A stretch of 64,000 bases of DNA from Eukaryota sp. TZLM1-RC (GCA_040285825.1 JAUPSS010000003.1:1116001-1180000); one strand, 5' to 3'. Shown: positions 35,627 to 47,390, counted from the first letter of the stretch. Program-made: numbers and translations. Notes: generated by a model from the letters alone, not told the origin.

Positions 35627-38261
35627 TTTTTTTGTAGCATATATTTTATTCTAAACCTATAAATCAACATCTAAAAAATCCATCTCTCCCAAAACAAAAA
35701 CACTAGATGCAACTCTCTCATAGTGAGATCCAAGAGAAAGCAAAGCATCAGAAACCATCTTCAACATCCCCTTAAAAATAGAAAACACAATTCTATTTTG
35801 CCAAAACAATCTGTTGAAATTTCTGCCAGTTCTTCTCTTTACAATCATTTCAAAATCATCCAAAAAACGTAAAGCAGTTGGTGCAAGTGAACCAAAAAGG
35901 GAAAATACAAATGGATACAAATTGTATTTTGCATGCTGTAGACTGGCCAATTTGGACAAAGGTTCATTGTATTTTTTTGAATTTAAAATTTTCAGCATTT
36001 GAAAGGGGATTATGAATTTCAGAATTAACAAGCCTTTCATTTGAGGCATTACAAGGATCAACAGACATTACATCCAATAAAATGAAGCTTCCATCTAATC
36101 CAGGTAATATGACATCACCTCTATTATTCTTATGAAAATCATTTTCAGCATCAAACAGATTTGACAACAAAGGTTCCAAGAAGGATTCAATTCTATGAGA
36201 TTTACACATACAATATAACTGGTCTCTTACAGCATCATGAACCTTGCTTCTAAAAGTAATAAAATGTTTACAATTTAACAAATGAGTAGTTGTAATTTCT
36301 CGAGAACATTTACAAATTAAATTATGAGGTAAATTATCAGGCCAGATAAAGGAACGAAATCTCATATTCAGAGTCCAAGCAGAATCGGATAAGAGAGTAC
36401 CATATACTTGCGGAATTGTTGTTACTAAGGCAGAAGAAGTACTGTCACACATATCTTGTAAAAGATTTGCAAAAGCGGGATTCTTTTTCTTGGCCAAGCC
36501 AAGTCTAACATCAAAATCCAAGCTTCCAAAAATCTTTGACAATTTTTGTTGAAGCTTTTTACAGCAAAACTGTAAATTAAATAGAGATCGGTTTGGAATT
36601 TCTTGAATTGATTGAGGAAAGCATTTGGTCCAAATTTGTGGCGGTAATTTTTCAAGTTCACAAGATAACTCATACAAATAGGGACTACAATTGGGGACTA
36701 ACAGATGGGAATCATCAGGAAATCTACGAGAAAATTCATAAATAAAATTTTTGCCACCACCCAAGAATGCTGATTGACACAAAATTGAAGATTTAGTAAA
36801 TCCAATATCCCCCAAATTTGCTGAAGAAAAATAAATGGCTTTTCAACATTCCTGGTTCTACATCCAATAAATCAGCAAAAAAATTCTGTTCTCAATGAAT
36901 TAAAAGAACGACAAAAATCTAATGCTATGGAAGGAGCACAAGATCTCAAAATGTGGGTTATTCTCCCAGTGTAGCAAATTTTAAGCATAAAAAATTTAAT
37001 ATGCTTTTCTATATCTAAAGAAGAAATTGAATCAAGTTCAATTTTCATTTTTTCCAAAATAACTTGCAATTCATTCTGAATTTGAGGCACATTTCCTAAC
37101 CAACAACCAAGGAACTTAAAAGCATCACTACTATAATTAGTAAAAGGGACAATAGAATCGTTTATCACGAGGTCTTGAGCAGAAGAGCCAATCAGAAGGC
37201 ATTTGCTGGCATTAAGATGAAGCCCAATATTTTCATATGAATCGGCAATTTCTTGAGCAACCAATTCTAGTAAATCAAATGAACCAATCAAGGATATATC
37301 ATCCATATAAGCAACTATTTTTATAGAAGGGTATTTTTGCGCTTAATGATATTTAAAGTTTTGTGAATAGCTAAACAAAACAATAATGGACCTAAAGGGT
37401 CACCTTGCTTCACACCAGAAGATGATTTAAGAGCAAATGAATTAAAAATTAAATCTGATTCTTTACCATAAAAATGGTAGAAAAAAACTCGATAGCTCAG
37501 GAAAATCAGATTTAATAACTTCAAAAATTGCTTCTCGCTTTACAGAATTAAAAGCATTTTTAAAGTCGAGATTAAAAATAAAATTATTTTCCTCTGCATT
37601 AAAAAAGGTATCAGAGGCAATAGCAGCAACAGAAGCACCATCAATTGTTTTGATTCCAAATTGATGAGGATTTAAAAATGTAGAAGCTTTGTCTTTGACA
37701 CGATCGAAGACAATTGATGCCAGCAAACGAGAAAGAGATTCACCAACAGCAATTGGGCGTATTCCATCAGGTTTGATTCCGTTTCCAGGCTTTACTAAAG
37801 CAATCAGACGTGCTGCGAGCAATTCAAATGGAGGATTTATTTTCAAAACAATTAATTGTTGAAAATAGTGGGCTAGATCATCAGCAATTTCGGGAGCACT
37901 GGAACACGCTATTTTTAAGAGATCAAAAGAAATTCCAGATGGGCCTGCTGCTTTCCCCTTAGGTAATTTTTGATTAGCTTTAAGAACCTCAATTGCAGTA
38001 ATAGGATTTTCAATCCAAAAAGGACACACTTCAGGCTTGCTGCACTTGAAATTTTCTTGAGGATGCAACTTTTGGAGTTTTTCAAGGGTATCAGAGTTTA
38101 CATCAGCCAAAGAAGAGGAAAACAAAGACTGCTTTGCGGCACCATAACGACCACGTAAGCACAATTTTCGGCAAATTTTTGATTTTACAATTTTTCTATT
38201 TCCAAATTTTTTCTTAAAACAATTTTTGTTTTTTCTAGCAAAATATTTCCAGAAGGATGAA
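35627..38261 (-). mobile_element. CRE-like non-LTR retrotransposon family B, 5'-truncated
   Basis: RT motifs (GVKQGDPLGP, YMDD) and RLE in frameshifted ORFs; 14-bp TSD ACATGTTAGAAAGT 35613-35626/38262-38275. Confidence 0.93.
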
Positions 38262-38343
38262 ACATGTTAGAAAGTGACAGCATTTTGAAGGCTAAAAAGT
38301 ACACCACCATGTGGTTCAATTTTACCACTTTGTGGACCATGTG

Positions 38344-39210
38344 GGACAATCAGAAATGATTGATTTCTCAGTTTCAGTTACTTTTAAATTTGGTATAAAA
38401 CATTGGATCCCATAAAATAGACTAGTGGAGATAACTAACAAAAGACAGTCTGTAGGGGCACTATTGGCTATTCTTGAGTCTAAACTCGAGTCTATTACAG
38501 ATCGTCCATCCCAAGCTGCGCCAACAACTTCTGCTGTGCCACCCCCTTCAACTACACCCCCTGCTGGTTCTTTCTCTGGCGCTCCCCCACTTCCACATAC
38601 ACTTCCTCTTCCTGAGTTTTAGATGAATCTCCTTAACTGAAATTGTGACTTGAGATTATCGGAAGTTGATAAAATGAAACAAGATCTTCCCTTTAAGTTT
38701 TCTTTCTGACTTTGATGAAGTTCCTGAAACACGATTTGACAATACAATAGCACCAATTCTCGTATCAATTCATCAGTTCTTATCTTTCATATCAGATATG
38801 AAACAACAAAACATGGTTCTGTAATTTTGAAACTTATTTATGAATTGAAGCAAATCTTCAATTAAATTAGTCAAACGTTCAATCCATCAAAGACATAGTT
38901 TTCTTGCTGAGGTATCTAATTGTGATATGAAGCCTTAAATAAGAACCTTCTGTCCTGTGTGCTAGATTAGATGAATTAGAAGTGTTATTCAATTAGTGAC
39001 GGTAGCATTATAGGTGATTTAAATTGGAACTAAAAGTGCTAATACTCACCACATAACTAATAGTTCCAAAATGAAATATTATCGATCCATCTTTTATTAT
39101 AGTGTTCGTGGAAGTGTTGGTAAAAAGAATAGTGTTGATGAAAGCAGTGGTGTGGTGAAAGAGGATTTTATAATTATGCGCACAAAAGGAAAACCACAAA
39201 TCAATTTCTT
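38344..39210 (-). repeat. composite repeat copy 3 (no Fanzor, empty site for element A)
   Basis: Inverted match to 18510-19098 + 22878-23345 + ~23750-23793; includes WASHC3-like fragment 38425-38622. Confidence 0.85.
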
Positions 39211-39339
39211 TCGTTTCCTTTAAGACTCATGAAAAGTGAATACATTTTTCGACAATACTGAAATCTTGTTTAAAAAACTTGGTTAAGAAATAGATTACAC
39301 AATATTTACACCAATAATAAATAAAAAAGGCTAAAAAAA

Positions 39340-40629
39340 TTACAATTCACTCAATAATTCAAACGCTTGAAGTGACATTGAAGAATCATAAGCTTCCCAA
39401 GCATTGACCGCCAATTGTTCAGCCATTGATAAGAGTAAATGAGAAGCAGTGATCTTAAATGTTGAACTTTCCTCGTTTTCCCTACTCTCCTTGTAAGATT
39501 TCAGTTCCAAAACCAAAGCAAAGGCTTTCCTCCACTGGTATCTCAACCAACCAACCAAGAACTGGGGCCTGTACGGGGTTGGTAGTTTGAGAATTTGCGA
39601 AACAAAAGAAAAAACTTCAACATCGATATGTGACTTTGACAGTGTCATAATTGGTATTTCTTTTTCATTATTCTCTTCATTAATAACTGTTCCTTCTGGT
39701 GCTAAGAAAAAAGGAGAATTCTGTCGGAAATAAGGTAAGAGAGGGGTCTGGCGAAGGGAGGTAATGACTGGTTCATTCTTATGATTCACCTCCACTTTCG
39801 CTATTGTTATTGGTTGAATGACAAGTCGACCAAAATCAACGGGAATCTCATTGACTGCCTGCACCAGCAAACCCGGACAGAAACTGGACCGAAGCCCAGA
39901 ACACAATAGTTTTTGGTAGTCGTGTCCGAGAAACATCAACATTGAACAACACCATTGTTCAAGGGAATCTTTATGTTTACCATAGAAAACAACAGATCCC
40001 GTTGAAAGAAATGAGGTAAGAAGAAGTGAGATTGATTCTATTTGATGGGATCCAAATGCCATTCCCAATGCTGAGTCATCAAACCCAAAAGGAAGGGGAA
40101 CAGGAGACCAGAGGTAGGAGAGGGAGGAGAGGAGACGATATACATCGGGAGTGAGCTTGGATACAAGATAGGGGGAAAGAAAGTCTGCTGATGATTTGAT
40201 TTCTGTTGTATTGAATAAAGTAGACCGTATTGAGGAAGCACACTGAAAAAGAAAATGGCAGAATGTTGGATGTAGGAGAGTGTAGTGTGGTATAGAATAA
40301 TGGGGCAGTAGTAGGGAAAGGGAATACATCGTCAGTCGATCAGAATCCCTAGTGTGTTTTCTAGAGAGAGGAGGACAGAGAGACGGAGCCGTAAAGAGAG
40401 CTGAAACAGCGCATATATTGAGAGATGGTACAGTGTTGAATTTGTACCTCATCTTTGTATCAGATCTGATACAGGAGAGTTCACCTTGAAGTACATGTTT
40501 ACAGATAGATTGCACAGTGTCGTTATCAACTGCAGTTGATTTCTTAGGATTGACCCATGAATGAAGTGTTACAGGGCCCCTGACATTAGCCCAATAGAAA
40601 AGGCTAATAGAGGACTCAACATCGCACAT
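39340..40629 (-). CDS. C9orf72: C9orf72-like longin/DENN protein
   Basis: LFYWANVRGP..SW, KHVLQGE, KF..VSALF, YSLSLLLP..YTLLH, PGLLVQ. Confidence 0.8.
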   Translation of the reverse strand: MCDVESSISLFYWANVRGPVTLHSWVNPKKSTAVDNDTVQSICKHVLQGELSCIRSDTKMRYKFNTVPSLNICAVSALFTAPSLCPPLSRKHTRDSDRLTMYSLSLLLPHYSIPHYTLLHPTFCHFLFQCASSIRSTLFNTTEIKSSADFLSPYLVSKLTPDVYRLLSSLSYLWSPVPLPFGFDDSALGMAFGSHQIESISLLLTSFLSTGSVVFYGKHKDSLEQWCCSMLMFLGHDYQKLLCSGLRSSFCPGLLVQAVNEIPVDFGRLVIQPITIAKVEVNHKNEPVITSLRQTPLLPYFRQNSPFFLAPEGTVINEENNEKEIPIMTLSKSHIDVEVFSFVSQILKLPTPYRPQFLVGWLRYQWRKAFALVLELKSYKESRENEESSTFKITASHLLLSMAEQLAVNAWEAYDSSMSLQAFELLSEL

Positions 40630-40648
40630 TTTGTGCGAAATATGAAAA

Positions 40649-41521
40649 ATGTCTCAACTTTCTTCAGTTTATTTTATTATGAAGCGCTTTTCTGACCAAT
40701 CAACAGCACCACAACCAAAGACTACTCACATTCAACAACCCACACCGATACAACTTATTTCCTTTAACGTCAATGGGATAAGAAATTTTGCAAATACAAA
40801 AAAGCTTCTCTGGGACTTTGTAGAGTCCTCTCATGCTGATATAATTTGTCTTCAGGAGGTACGTGTGGCATCTAATCAAGTTGGTGAATTCACTACTGGC
40901 TTTAAGGCTCGTGGATACAGTCATGTAAAATGGAACTGTTGTAAAGCAAAAAAAGGGGCGTATGGAGTCATGACTGCTTCTAAACTTCCATTTATATCAC
41001 ATTCTACTGATTTTCCAGGAGAGGACATTGAGGGTAGATTTCTGGTAACTGAATTAGAACATTTTGTTCTTGTCAACCTTTATGTTGTAAATAGTGGCAG
41101 AAAACTAGTCCGATTGGACTACAGAATTCAATGGGATGAACGATTGCGAGGTTATCTAAAATCCTTGCAAAAGCCAATTGTCATTGCAGGAGATTTGAAT
41201 GTGGCACACCAAGAAATAGACATTGCCAACCCCAATAGCAATAGAAACAAATCAGCTGGCTTTACGGATCAGGAACGTGAATCCTTTTCTACCTTGCTTG
41301 CTGAATTGAATGTTGTTGACGTTTATCGTCATTTATATCCTGATGCAGTAGCTTATACTTATTGGTCAAACTTCAACAATAGTAGAGCAAGAAACATTGG
41401 TTGGAGGTTGGACTATTTTGTTGTTTCAGAAACACTGCTGTCCATGGTTAAAGACTGTGGAATGATGAGTGATCAAAAAGGAAGCGATCATTGTCCTATT
41501 TATTTAAAAATGGAAATTTAA
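40649..41521 (+). CDS. APEX1: exodeoxyribonuclease III / APE1-family AP endonuclease
   Basis: SFNVNG, LQE, EGR, GDLNVAH, SAGFT..ER, GWRLDYF, GSDHCP. Confidence 0.93.
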   Translation: MSQLSSVYFIMKRFSDQSTAPQPKTTHIQQPTPIQLISFNVNGIRNFANTKKLLWDFVESSHADIICLQEVRVASNQVGEFTTGFKARGYSHVKWNCCKAKKGAYGVMTASKLPFISHSTDFPGEDIEGRFLVTELEHFVLVNLYVVNSGRKLVRLDYRIQWDERLRGYLKSLQKPIVIAGDLNVAHQEIDIANPNSNRNKSAGFTDQERESFSTLLAELNVVDVYRHLYPDAVAYTYWSNFNNSRARNIGWRLDYFVVSETLLSMVKDCGMMSDQKGSDHCPIYLKMEI

Positions 41522-41625
41522 CAAAAAGTAATGGTAGAATATAGAACTGGATTACAATGATATATATATATATAGATATACAATGAATTTAAAATGCAAA
41601 AAGATAAAATAAATTGTGAACTCTG

Positions 41626-42327
41626 TTATTCCGAAACCAACTCTATCCTACCTTGGACCACTATTACTGGATTTTGACAGCTATTGAGATCACATAGCTC
41701 AATCCAAGGTGGATGGCATTTGAAAACAGTATCATTGGTCAAAGTAACAGATTTCAGATGAGATTTTGGTATGATAAGCTCAAAACAAGTGCCTTCATTT
41801 GCAGCAAGTGCAATAAAAATGTTGTATTTGTTCTGGGTAGTGATCACCTGAAATACCATTGGATCTGGGAGGTTCTGGGAACCCAAAGCAGCATCATTGA
41901 GTCTAACCATATCAGCCTGGGAACGTCTCAGTGAGTATAGGGAGCGGACTAGAGGACCAACGGTTTGAGGTCTTCTACTCTTTCGGGAGGTTGAGGAGGG
42001 TGTTCTTGGGGTAGGAGCAGTTGAAAGTAAACTACTTGAAGGCATAGTATGTGGAATTGAGGGGGTATTTGGACCAACCATAGGTTCATCACCAGAAGTA
42101 TCTGAATCTATAGGATCCACATCTAAGGTATGAACCGTTGGTGTGATCTTTTTTTTAGAAGAGCAACTGGAGCGTGTAGGTTCAGAAAACGGTGCTGCAA
42201 AAGATTCGATAACTTCATTCCTAGGTTCCAGTGGCACAGAAGGTGATGGGTGAAAAGGGTTAACCCAAGTCATTGAAGGGACAAGCAACTGTTCATTGGC
42301 AGTTTGGATTTTTTGGGTAATTTTCAT
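41626..42327 (-). CDS. hypothetical protein
   Basis: 233-aa ORF, disordered N-terminus, small beta-rich C-terminal domain with PPW. Confidence 0.7.
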   Translation of the reverse strand: MKITQKIQTANEQLLVPSMTWVNPFHPSPSVPLEPRNEVIESFAAPFSEPTRSSCSSKKKITPTVHTLDVDPIDSDTSGDEPMVGPNTPSIPHTMPSSSLLSTAPTPRTPSSTSRKSRRPQTVGPLVRSLYSLRRSQADMVRLNDAALGSQNLPDPMVFQVITTQNKYNIFIALAANEGTCFELIIPKSHLKSVTLTNDTVFKCHPPWIELCDLNSCQNPVIVVQGRIELVSE

Positions 42328-42359
42328 TTTCTGGTTTCATCTTGGTCTGTAAGCGTATT

Positions 42360-42640
42360 TCTTGCTTTTCCATTTTTTATAAACGGATGACTATCAGTAG
42401 AAACAGGAACTTTTTTGAATGATTTCCGAAAAATGGTTCAAGAAAAAACAATGAAGAGATTTGATGTCTTCTTATGGCGGTCGCGAATTCAATTTGCCAT
42501 GGTTAATAGACTACCTCATTTTTTCACCGAATAAGAGAAGACAAGCAGATCAGGATTTTGTAGAGGAAATGTTCGTTCATTGAAGTTAGTCCCATTAGTT
42601 CTGAGTTAATTTTATTAAGTGTTGTAGTTCAATAAAAAAT
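42360..42640 (+). mobile_element. family F non-LTR 3' fragment
   Basis: Matches 12480-12770; AATAAAAAA end. Confidence 0.8.
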
Positions 42641-42644
42641 ACTG

Positions 42645-42950
42645 TTGAAACTTCTATTTTGTGCAATTGATCCTAACCACAAAAATTTGTGTGGTTCTTC
42701 AATTGGAATTGATAATAACAATGTTGACCATCAACTTTCGGGCCTTGCTCTAAATCCAAAGGCAAAAGAGATCATTCAACCACTGGTCTTGACCCATACA
42801 TCACCAAATTGTTATTTCGTACAGAATTTCCGTGAATATCTGTATGAAATAGCAACGTCAATAGCATGGGTACCGACACAGGAAGAAATCAGGAATCCCG
42901 GTTTCCGTCCAAGAACTATATTAGACCAAAACCCCAAGGAAGCGCTTTGA
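42645..42950 (+). pseudogene. Fanzor RuvC-I region relic
   Basis: FCAIDPNHKNLCGSSIG..LTH..YLYEIAT homologous to WAIDPNHSNLCGSSIG..LTH..YLLEIST. Confidence 0.8.
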
Positions 42951-42959
42951 AAGAGGTGC

Positions 42960-43090
42960 TTGGTATGATGGAACCGAACTAATAATCGATTGTACCACCA
43001 TATCTCCGTGAAAAAGGAGTTTCAATTCCGACATTCAACATTTACTTCAAGTTGCAGAACATTCCAAAAAATCAAAATACGAAGTTCTAG
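42960..43090 (+). mobile_element. family E non-LTR RLE fragment
   Basis: LIIDCTTISP..LLQVAEHSKKSKY. Confidence 0.65.
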
Positions 43091-43099
43091 CTAACATTA

Positions 43100-43918
43100 A
43101 TGAGCATTACCAGCAGATTTGAGACTCTCTGCCAGCGTCCCCTATCCCAAACTACTAGACTTTCTTCTGTGTATACCTGTAGGAACCGGTTTTGCGACAT
43201 CGAACCTTTTGACGATGGTTTAGTCTTTCCAAATCAAGACTATGTAAATGCATCTTTGGTAAAAGATGAAAACTCCTGTAGGGGAGTTTACATAGCAAGT
43301 CAAGCTCCATATCCACACAACTCTGATCAACTCAACATTTGGGGTGGACCTGCTGACTATGAGCATTTTTGGAAGATGGCTTATTTACACACTGATTTGA
43401 TTATAGGTCTCACTCCTGCTCCTCAGATCTATTATCCCAAACTTTCACAAATCTCATTGTACAAGAGCATGAGGGTTCTGACGAAGGAGGAGGAAAGAGT
43501 GTCAGACTCTATTGTACGCAGATTGTTTCAGGTGGCCGATACAAATACCGAAGATGCTCCAAAAAACATTACACTATTGGAGTACAATAATTGGACCGAT
43601 AAATCTAAACCAAATGACATCAATGATTTGCTCCAATTGGTTAAGTTGATCTTCAATATGTCCACATTTCCTGTCTCCAACATCCTCATATACTGCATGG
43701 CTGGAGTTGGTAGAACCGGTGTTCTCATTTGTATGTTGGAAATTCTAACAAGGTCAAAGGAAGGTACCCTAGCTGAGTTTGATTTGGATGATTTCATTTA
43801 CTTCATCCGTACCCGTAGATGTCCCTTCATGGTAGAAACTGTTGATCAGTATGCATTTTTAGTAAACTTTTTGGAGAAGGAGAGAGAGGATTGCCGTTGG
43901 TCTAGATTGATCAATTAA
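43100..43918 (+). CDS. classical-type protein tyrosine phosphatase
   Basis: NRF.DI, DYVNAS, YIASQAP, FWKM, WTD, YCMAGVGRTG, MVET..QY. Confidence 0.92.
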   Translation: MSITSRFETLCQRPLSQTTRLSSVYTCRNRFCDIEPFDDGLVFPNQDYVNASLVKDENSCRGVYIASQAPYPHNSDQLNIWGGPADYEHFWKMAYLHTDLIIGLTPAPQIYYPKLSQISLYKSMRVLTKEEERVSDSIVRRLFQVADTNTEDAPKNITLLEYNNWTDKSKPNDINDLLQLVKLIFNMSTFPVSNILIYCMAGVGRTGVLICMLEILTRSKEGTLAEFDLDDFIYFIRTRRCPFMVETVDQYAFLVNFLEKEREDCRWSRLIN

Positions 43919-44210
43919 TCAATCTAGTAGTTTCTTATAGTATAAATAAGTTTTTACTTTTGAATGGATATAAATTACAACTGATTGGGTGAGGTAAATA
44001 CATAAATTGAATTTAATAAACTGCTTTTTAAAGAAGAAACAGTAGAAAATAAGGTTTTGAACCTCAGGCATTGTAGGCTCAATGCTGAATTGTTGATTTT
44101 TACATCGACTTCAAATTGTTGGTTTCCACTGCAGTGACCAAAGGAAAAGCTTTATTAAATTACAAATACTAAACTTAAACTATCGCCACGTCATCACACG
44201 TGATTTGATG

Positions 44211-45116
44211 TTATCCAACATCTAACACTACCCCTTCTTCACTCTTCTTCTTCAGTGATGGGGAAATCCTTGTTAATGGATTGAGTACAAGTTCATACAG
44301 CTCTTCTTCTGAAGAATCACTATCATAAATATTCAGCGCGTCTCCAAGGAATGAGTCAGAACAGTTATTGATATCTGCTTCATTAACAGCACAAAGTACA
44401 GTGTTCACCTGTTCTAGTTCTCTAATACTATGAACATGAGCGGATCTTTTGACATCAAAAGTTTGGGCATTACCATTGCGAAGAGGACAATTAACAGCAA
44501 TATGACCAGGCTTATGGCATCTGCAACAAGTTTTGGCAGCAATATCTGTATTTCTGACGGCAGAACGAGTACTTGTATTAGATATGGATCCTGACCAAAC
44601 TTTAGATCTATCGTGGTCAACAATTTCGTCGGTAGCAACTTTCACAAGGGTTTTGAAATCAGGTAACAGTTGGTCATTAATACAAGACATAAGGGATTCA
44701 GCCAGACCTTTAGGAGCAATACCAGCAGCAAATCGTTTCATGAAAACATTATTCGGAATGGCGAGGCCTTCAGCCTTTTCCTTCACCTTCAGAAAGTTTC
44801 TGAGGTAATCATTCATTCTTTCTCTGGCACTAGGGATTTTCACGTTCATTTTCAACCGAGAGACCGTCTCGTTGAAAGCTTCATAGGACGGAAAATTGTT
44901 TAGCGATTTCAAATAGTTGAGCAACACACTATCGGAAGTCTTCACCTTAGGTTCATACAACTCTAAGGACTTCAAAATGAAGGGATCTACAGAGAGCCTT
45001 AAGGAAATAACTTTGGTGCTATCAGTGACAGACTGATACACTTCAAACTCGCTTAAAAACATACATACATCTTCCTCGGACAGCGAGGTCAGATAGGGAC
45101 GGTCGACAGGACGCAT
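44211..45116 (-). CDS. Gag-like protein with CCHC knuckle (copy 2)
   Basis: CCRCHKPGHIAVNC; same translation as 45289-46194; stop lies inside the LTR. Confidence 0.88.
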   Translation of the reverse strand: MRPVDRPYLTSLSEEDVCMFLSEFEVYQSVTDSTKVISLRLSVDPFILKSLELYEPKVKTSDSVLLNYLKSLNNFPSYEAFNETVSRLKMNVKIPSARERMNDYLRNFLKVKEKAEGLAIPNNVFMKRFAAGIAPKGLAESLMSCINDQLLPDFKTLVKVATDEIVDHDRSKVWSGSISNTSTRSAVRNTDIAAKTCCRCHKPGHIAVNCPLRNGNAQTFDVKRSAHVHSIRELEQVNTVLCAVNEADINNCSDSFLGDALNIYDSDSSEEELYELVLNPLTRISPSLKKKSEEGVVLDVG

Positions 45117-45288
45117 CGCACGGCTTTACCAAAGGCAGTTACAAGAACAGTGACGGGTCTGAAACAGGGACAGGGACAGGGACAATAACGTTATTGTTGG
45201 TTTCCACTGCAGTGACCAAAGGAAAAGCTTAATTAAATTACAAATACTAAACTTAAACTATCGCCACGTCATCACACGTGATTTGATG

Positions 45289-46194
45289 TTATCCAACATC
45301 TAACACTACCCCTTCTTCACTCTTCTTCTTCAGTGATGGGGAAATCCTTGTTAATGGATTGAGTACAAGTTCATACAGCTCTTCTTCTGAAGAATCACTA
45401 TCATAAATATTCAGCGCGTCTCCAAGGAATGAGTCAGAACAGTTATTGATATCTGCTTCATTAACAGCACAAAGTACAGTGTTCACCTGTTCTAGTTCTC
45501 TAATACTATGAACATGAGCGGATCTTTTGACATCAAAAGTTTGGGCATTACCATTGCGAAGAGGACAATTAACAGCAATATGACCAGGCTTATGGCATCT
45601 GCAACAAGTTTTGGCAGCAATATCTGTATTTCTGACGGCAGAACGAGTACTTGTATTAGATATGGATCCTGACCAAACTTTAGATCTATCGTGGTCAACA
45701 ATTTCGTCGGTAGCAACTTTCACAAGGGTTTTGAAATCAGGTAACAGTTGGTCATTAATACAAGACATAAGGGATTCAGCCAGACCTTTAGGAGCAATAC
45801 CAGCAGCAAATCGTTTCATGAAAACATTATTCGGAATGGCGAGGCCTTCAGCCTTTTCCTTCACCTTCAGAAAGTTTCTGAGGTAATCATTCATTCTTTC
45901 TCTGGCACTAGGGATTTTCACGTTCATTTTCAACCGAGAGACCGTCTCGTTGAAAGCTTCATAGGACGGAAAATTGTTTAGCGATTTCAAATAGTTGAGC
46001 AACACACTATCGGAAGTCTTCACCTTAGGTTCATACAACTCTAAGGACTTCAAAATGAAGGGATCTACAGAGAGCCTTAAGGAAATAACTTTGGTGCTAT
46101 CAGTGACAGACTGATACACTTCAAACTCGCTTAAAAACATACATACATCTTCCTCGGACAGCGAGGTCAGATAGGGACGGTCGACAGGACGCAT
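45289..46194 (-). CDS. Gag-like protein with CCHC knuckle (copy 1)
   Basis: CCRCHKPGHIAVNC, acidic tail, no protease motif. Confidence 0.88.
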   Translation of the reverse strand: MRPVDRPYLTSLSEEDVCMFLSEFEVYQSVTDSTKVISLRLSVDPFILKSLELYEPKVKTSDSVLLNYLKSLNNFPSYEAFNETVSRLKMNVKIPSARERMNDYLRNFLKVKEKAEGLAIPNNVFMKRFAAGIAPKGLAESLMSCINDQLLPDFKTLVKVATDEIVDHDRSKVWSGSISNTSTRSAVRNTDIAAKTCCRCHKPGHIAVNCPLRNGNAQTFDVKRSAHVHSIRELEQVNTVLCAVNEADINNCSDSFLGDALNIYDSDSSEEELYELVLNPLTRISPSLKKKSEEGVVLDVG

Positions 46195-46659
46195 CGCACG
46201 GCTTTACCAAAGGCAGTTACAAGAACAGTGACGGGTCTGAAACAGGGACAGGGACAGGGACAATAACGTTATTGTTGGTTTCCACTGCAGTGACCAAAGG
46301 AAAAGCTTAATTAAATTACAAATACTAAACTTAAACTATCGCCACGTCATCACACGTGATTTGATGTTATCCAACATCTAACAAAATGACATTTTCATAC
46401 ACCAAAATGTTTATTTCATTTGAAAAATACAACGTGATTGATGATTTTAAAAGCGTATTCCCAATTGTGCTCGTTAATGAAATGTTCTATTCAATATATC
46501 AGCTTGGTTAGTTGTACTAATGATTCATTGTATTTCTGTTTCTCATGTTGGTTAATTGAAGTTCTCAAGCAACGTCTTGTTCTCACAAACAATTGCAACA
46601 TTTAAATTACTTTATAGCTACAACTGCAACAGTTTTTGCAGTTTCACAGGTTTTCTTTT

Positions 46660-46965
46660 TACTATGCAAAATACAATTTGTATCCATTAGTATTTTCTCT
46701 ATTTGGTTCACTTGCTCCAACGGCTATACGTTTTTTTTCACATTTTGCAATGATTGTAAAGAGAAGAACTAACGGAAATTTCAACAGATTGTTTTGGCAA
46801 AATAGAATTGTGTTTTCTATTTTTAAGGGGATGTTGAAGATGGTTTCTGATGCTTTGCCTTTTTTTGGATCTCACCATGAGAGAGTTGCATCTAGTGTTT
46901 TTTTTGGGTGAGATGGATTATTTGGATGTTGATTTATAAGGTTTTTAATGAAACTAATAATACAA
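46660..46965 (+). mobile_element. family B non-LTR 3' fragment
   Basis: AKYNLYPLVFSLFGSLAP..FWQNRIVFSIFKG. Confidence 0.85.
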
Positions 46966-47390
46966 AAAAATCTTTTTACTTTTTTTAATTCTAATTTTCA
47001 TATGATATGATTAATTCAACCTTATTTGGGGAACCCAGATGATTCAAGGCTTGGTCAGATTTTCTATATTTGTGAGCAGCACTGCTTTATTTCTCATTTT
47101 TTCTCACTAATGCAAGCGTAAACGTCCCAATATGGTTTGTGACAAAATACAGTTTCTACTCAAATAAATAATTAAATATAAAATTTAAACAAAACTATTT
47201 TTGGACCTGTGCTCCAGTCATTACACCAATTATTAAAATTACTGTTACCATTAGCATTTACTTGAATGTATTGTAATAATTTAACGTAATAATTTAACGT
47301 AATAATTTGAATGTAATAATTTATAAATTGTAGATTCTGCAAATAATTCCTAGGTCCCTGTACCAGGTACGGTACTGTCTCTGTCAATGA

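Larger units (their letters stand above)
44117..46383 (-). mobile_element. tandem Gag-only LTR retroelement G2 (LTR-gag-LTR-gag-LTR)
   Basis: 111-bp LTRs 44117-44227, 45195-45305, 46273-46383; 1078-bp period; single 4-bp TSD AAAT; polypurine tract before each downstream LTR. Confidence 0.93.

Noticed and set aside
40649-41521. AP endonuclease as part of a LINE
   Set aside because: Stand-alone cellular ExoIII/APE1 motifs, no adjacent RT; local non-LTR elements use an RLE domain
44117-46383. CRISPR-like array
   Set aside because: Repeats are 111-bp LTRs with identical ~1-kb gag intervals, not unique spacers
47270-47325. TAATTTAACGTAA-type short tandem repeat
   Set aside because: Low-complexity AT-rich slippage; no supporting structure
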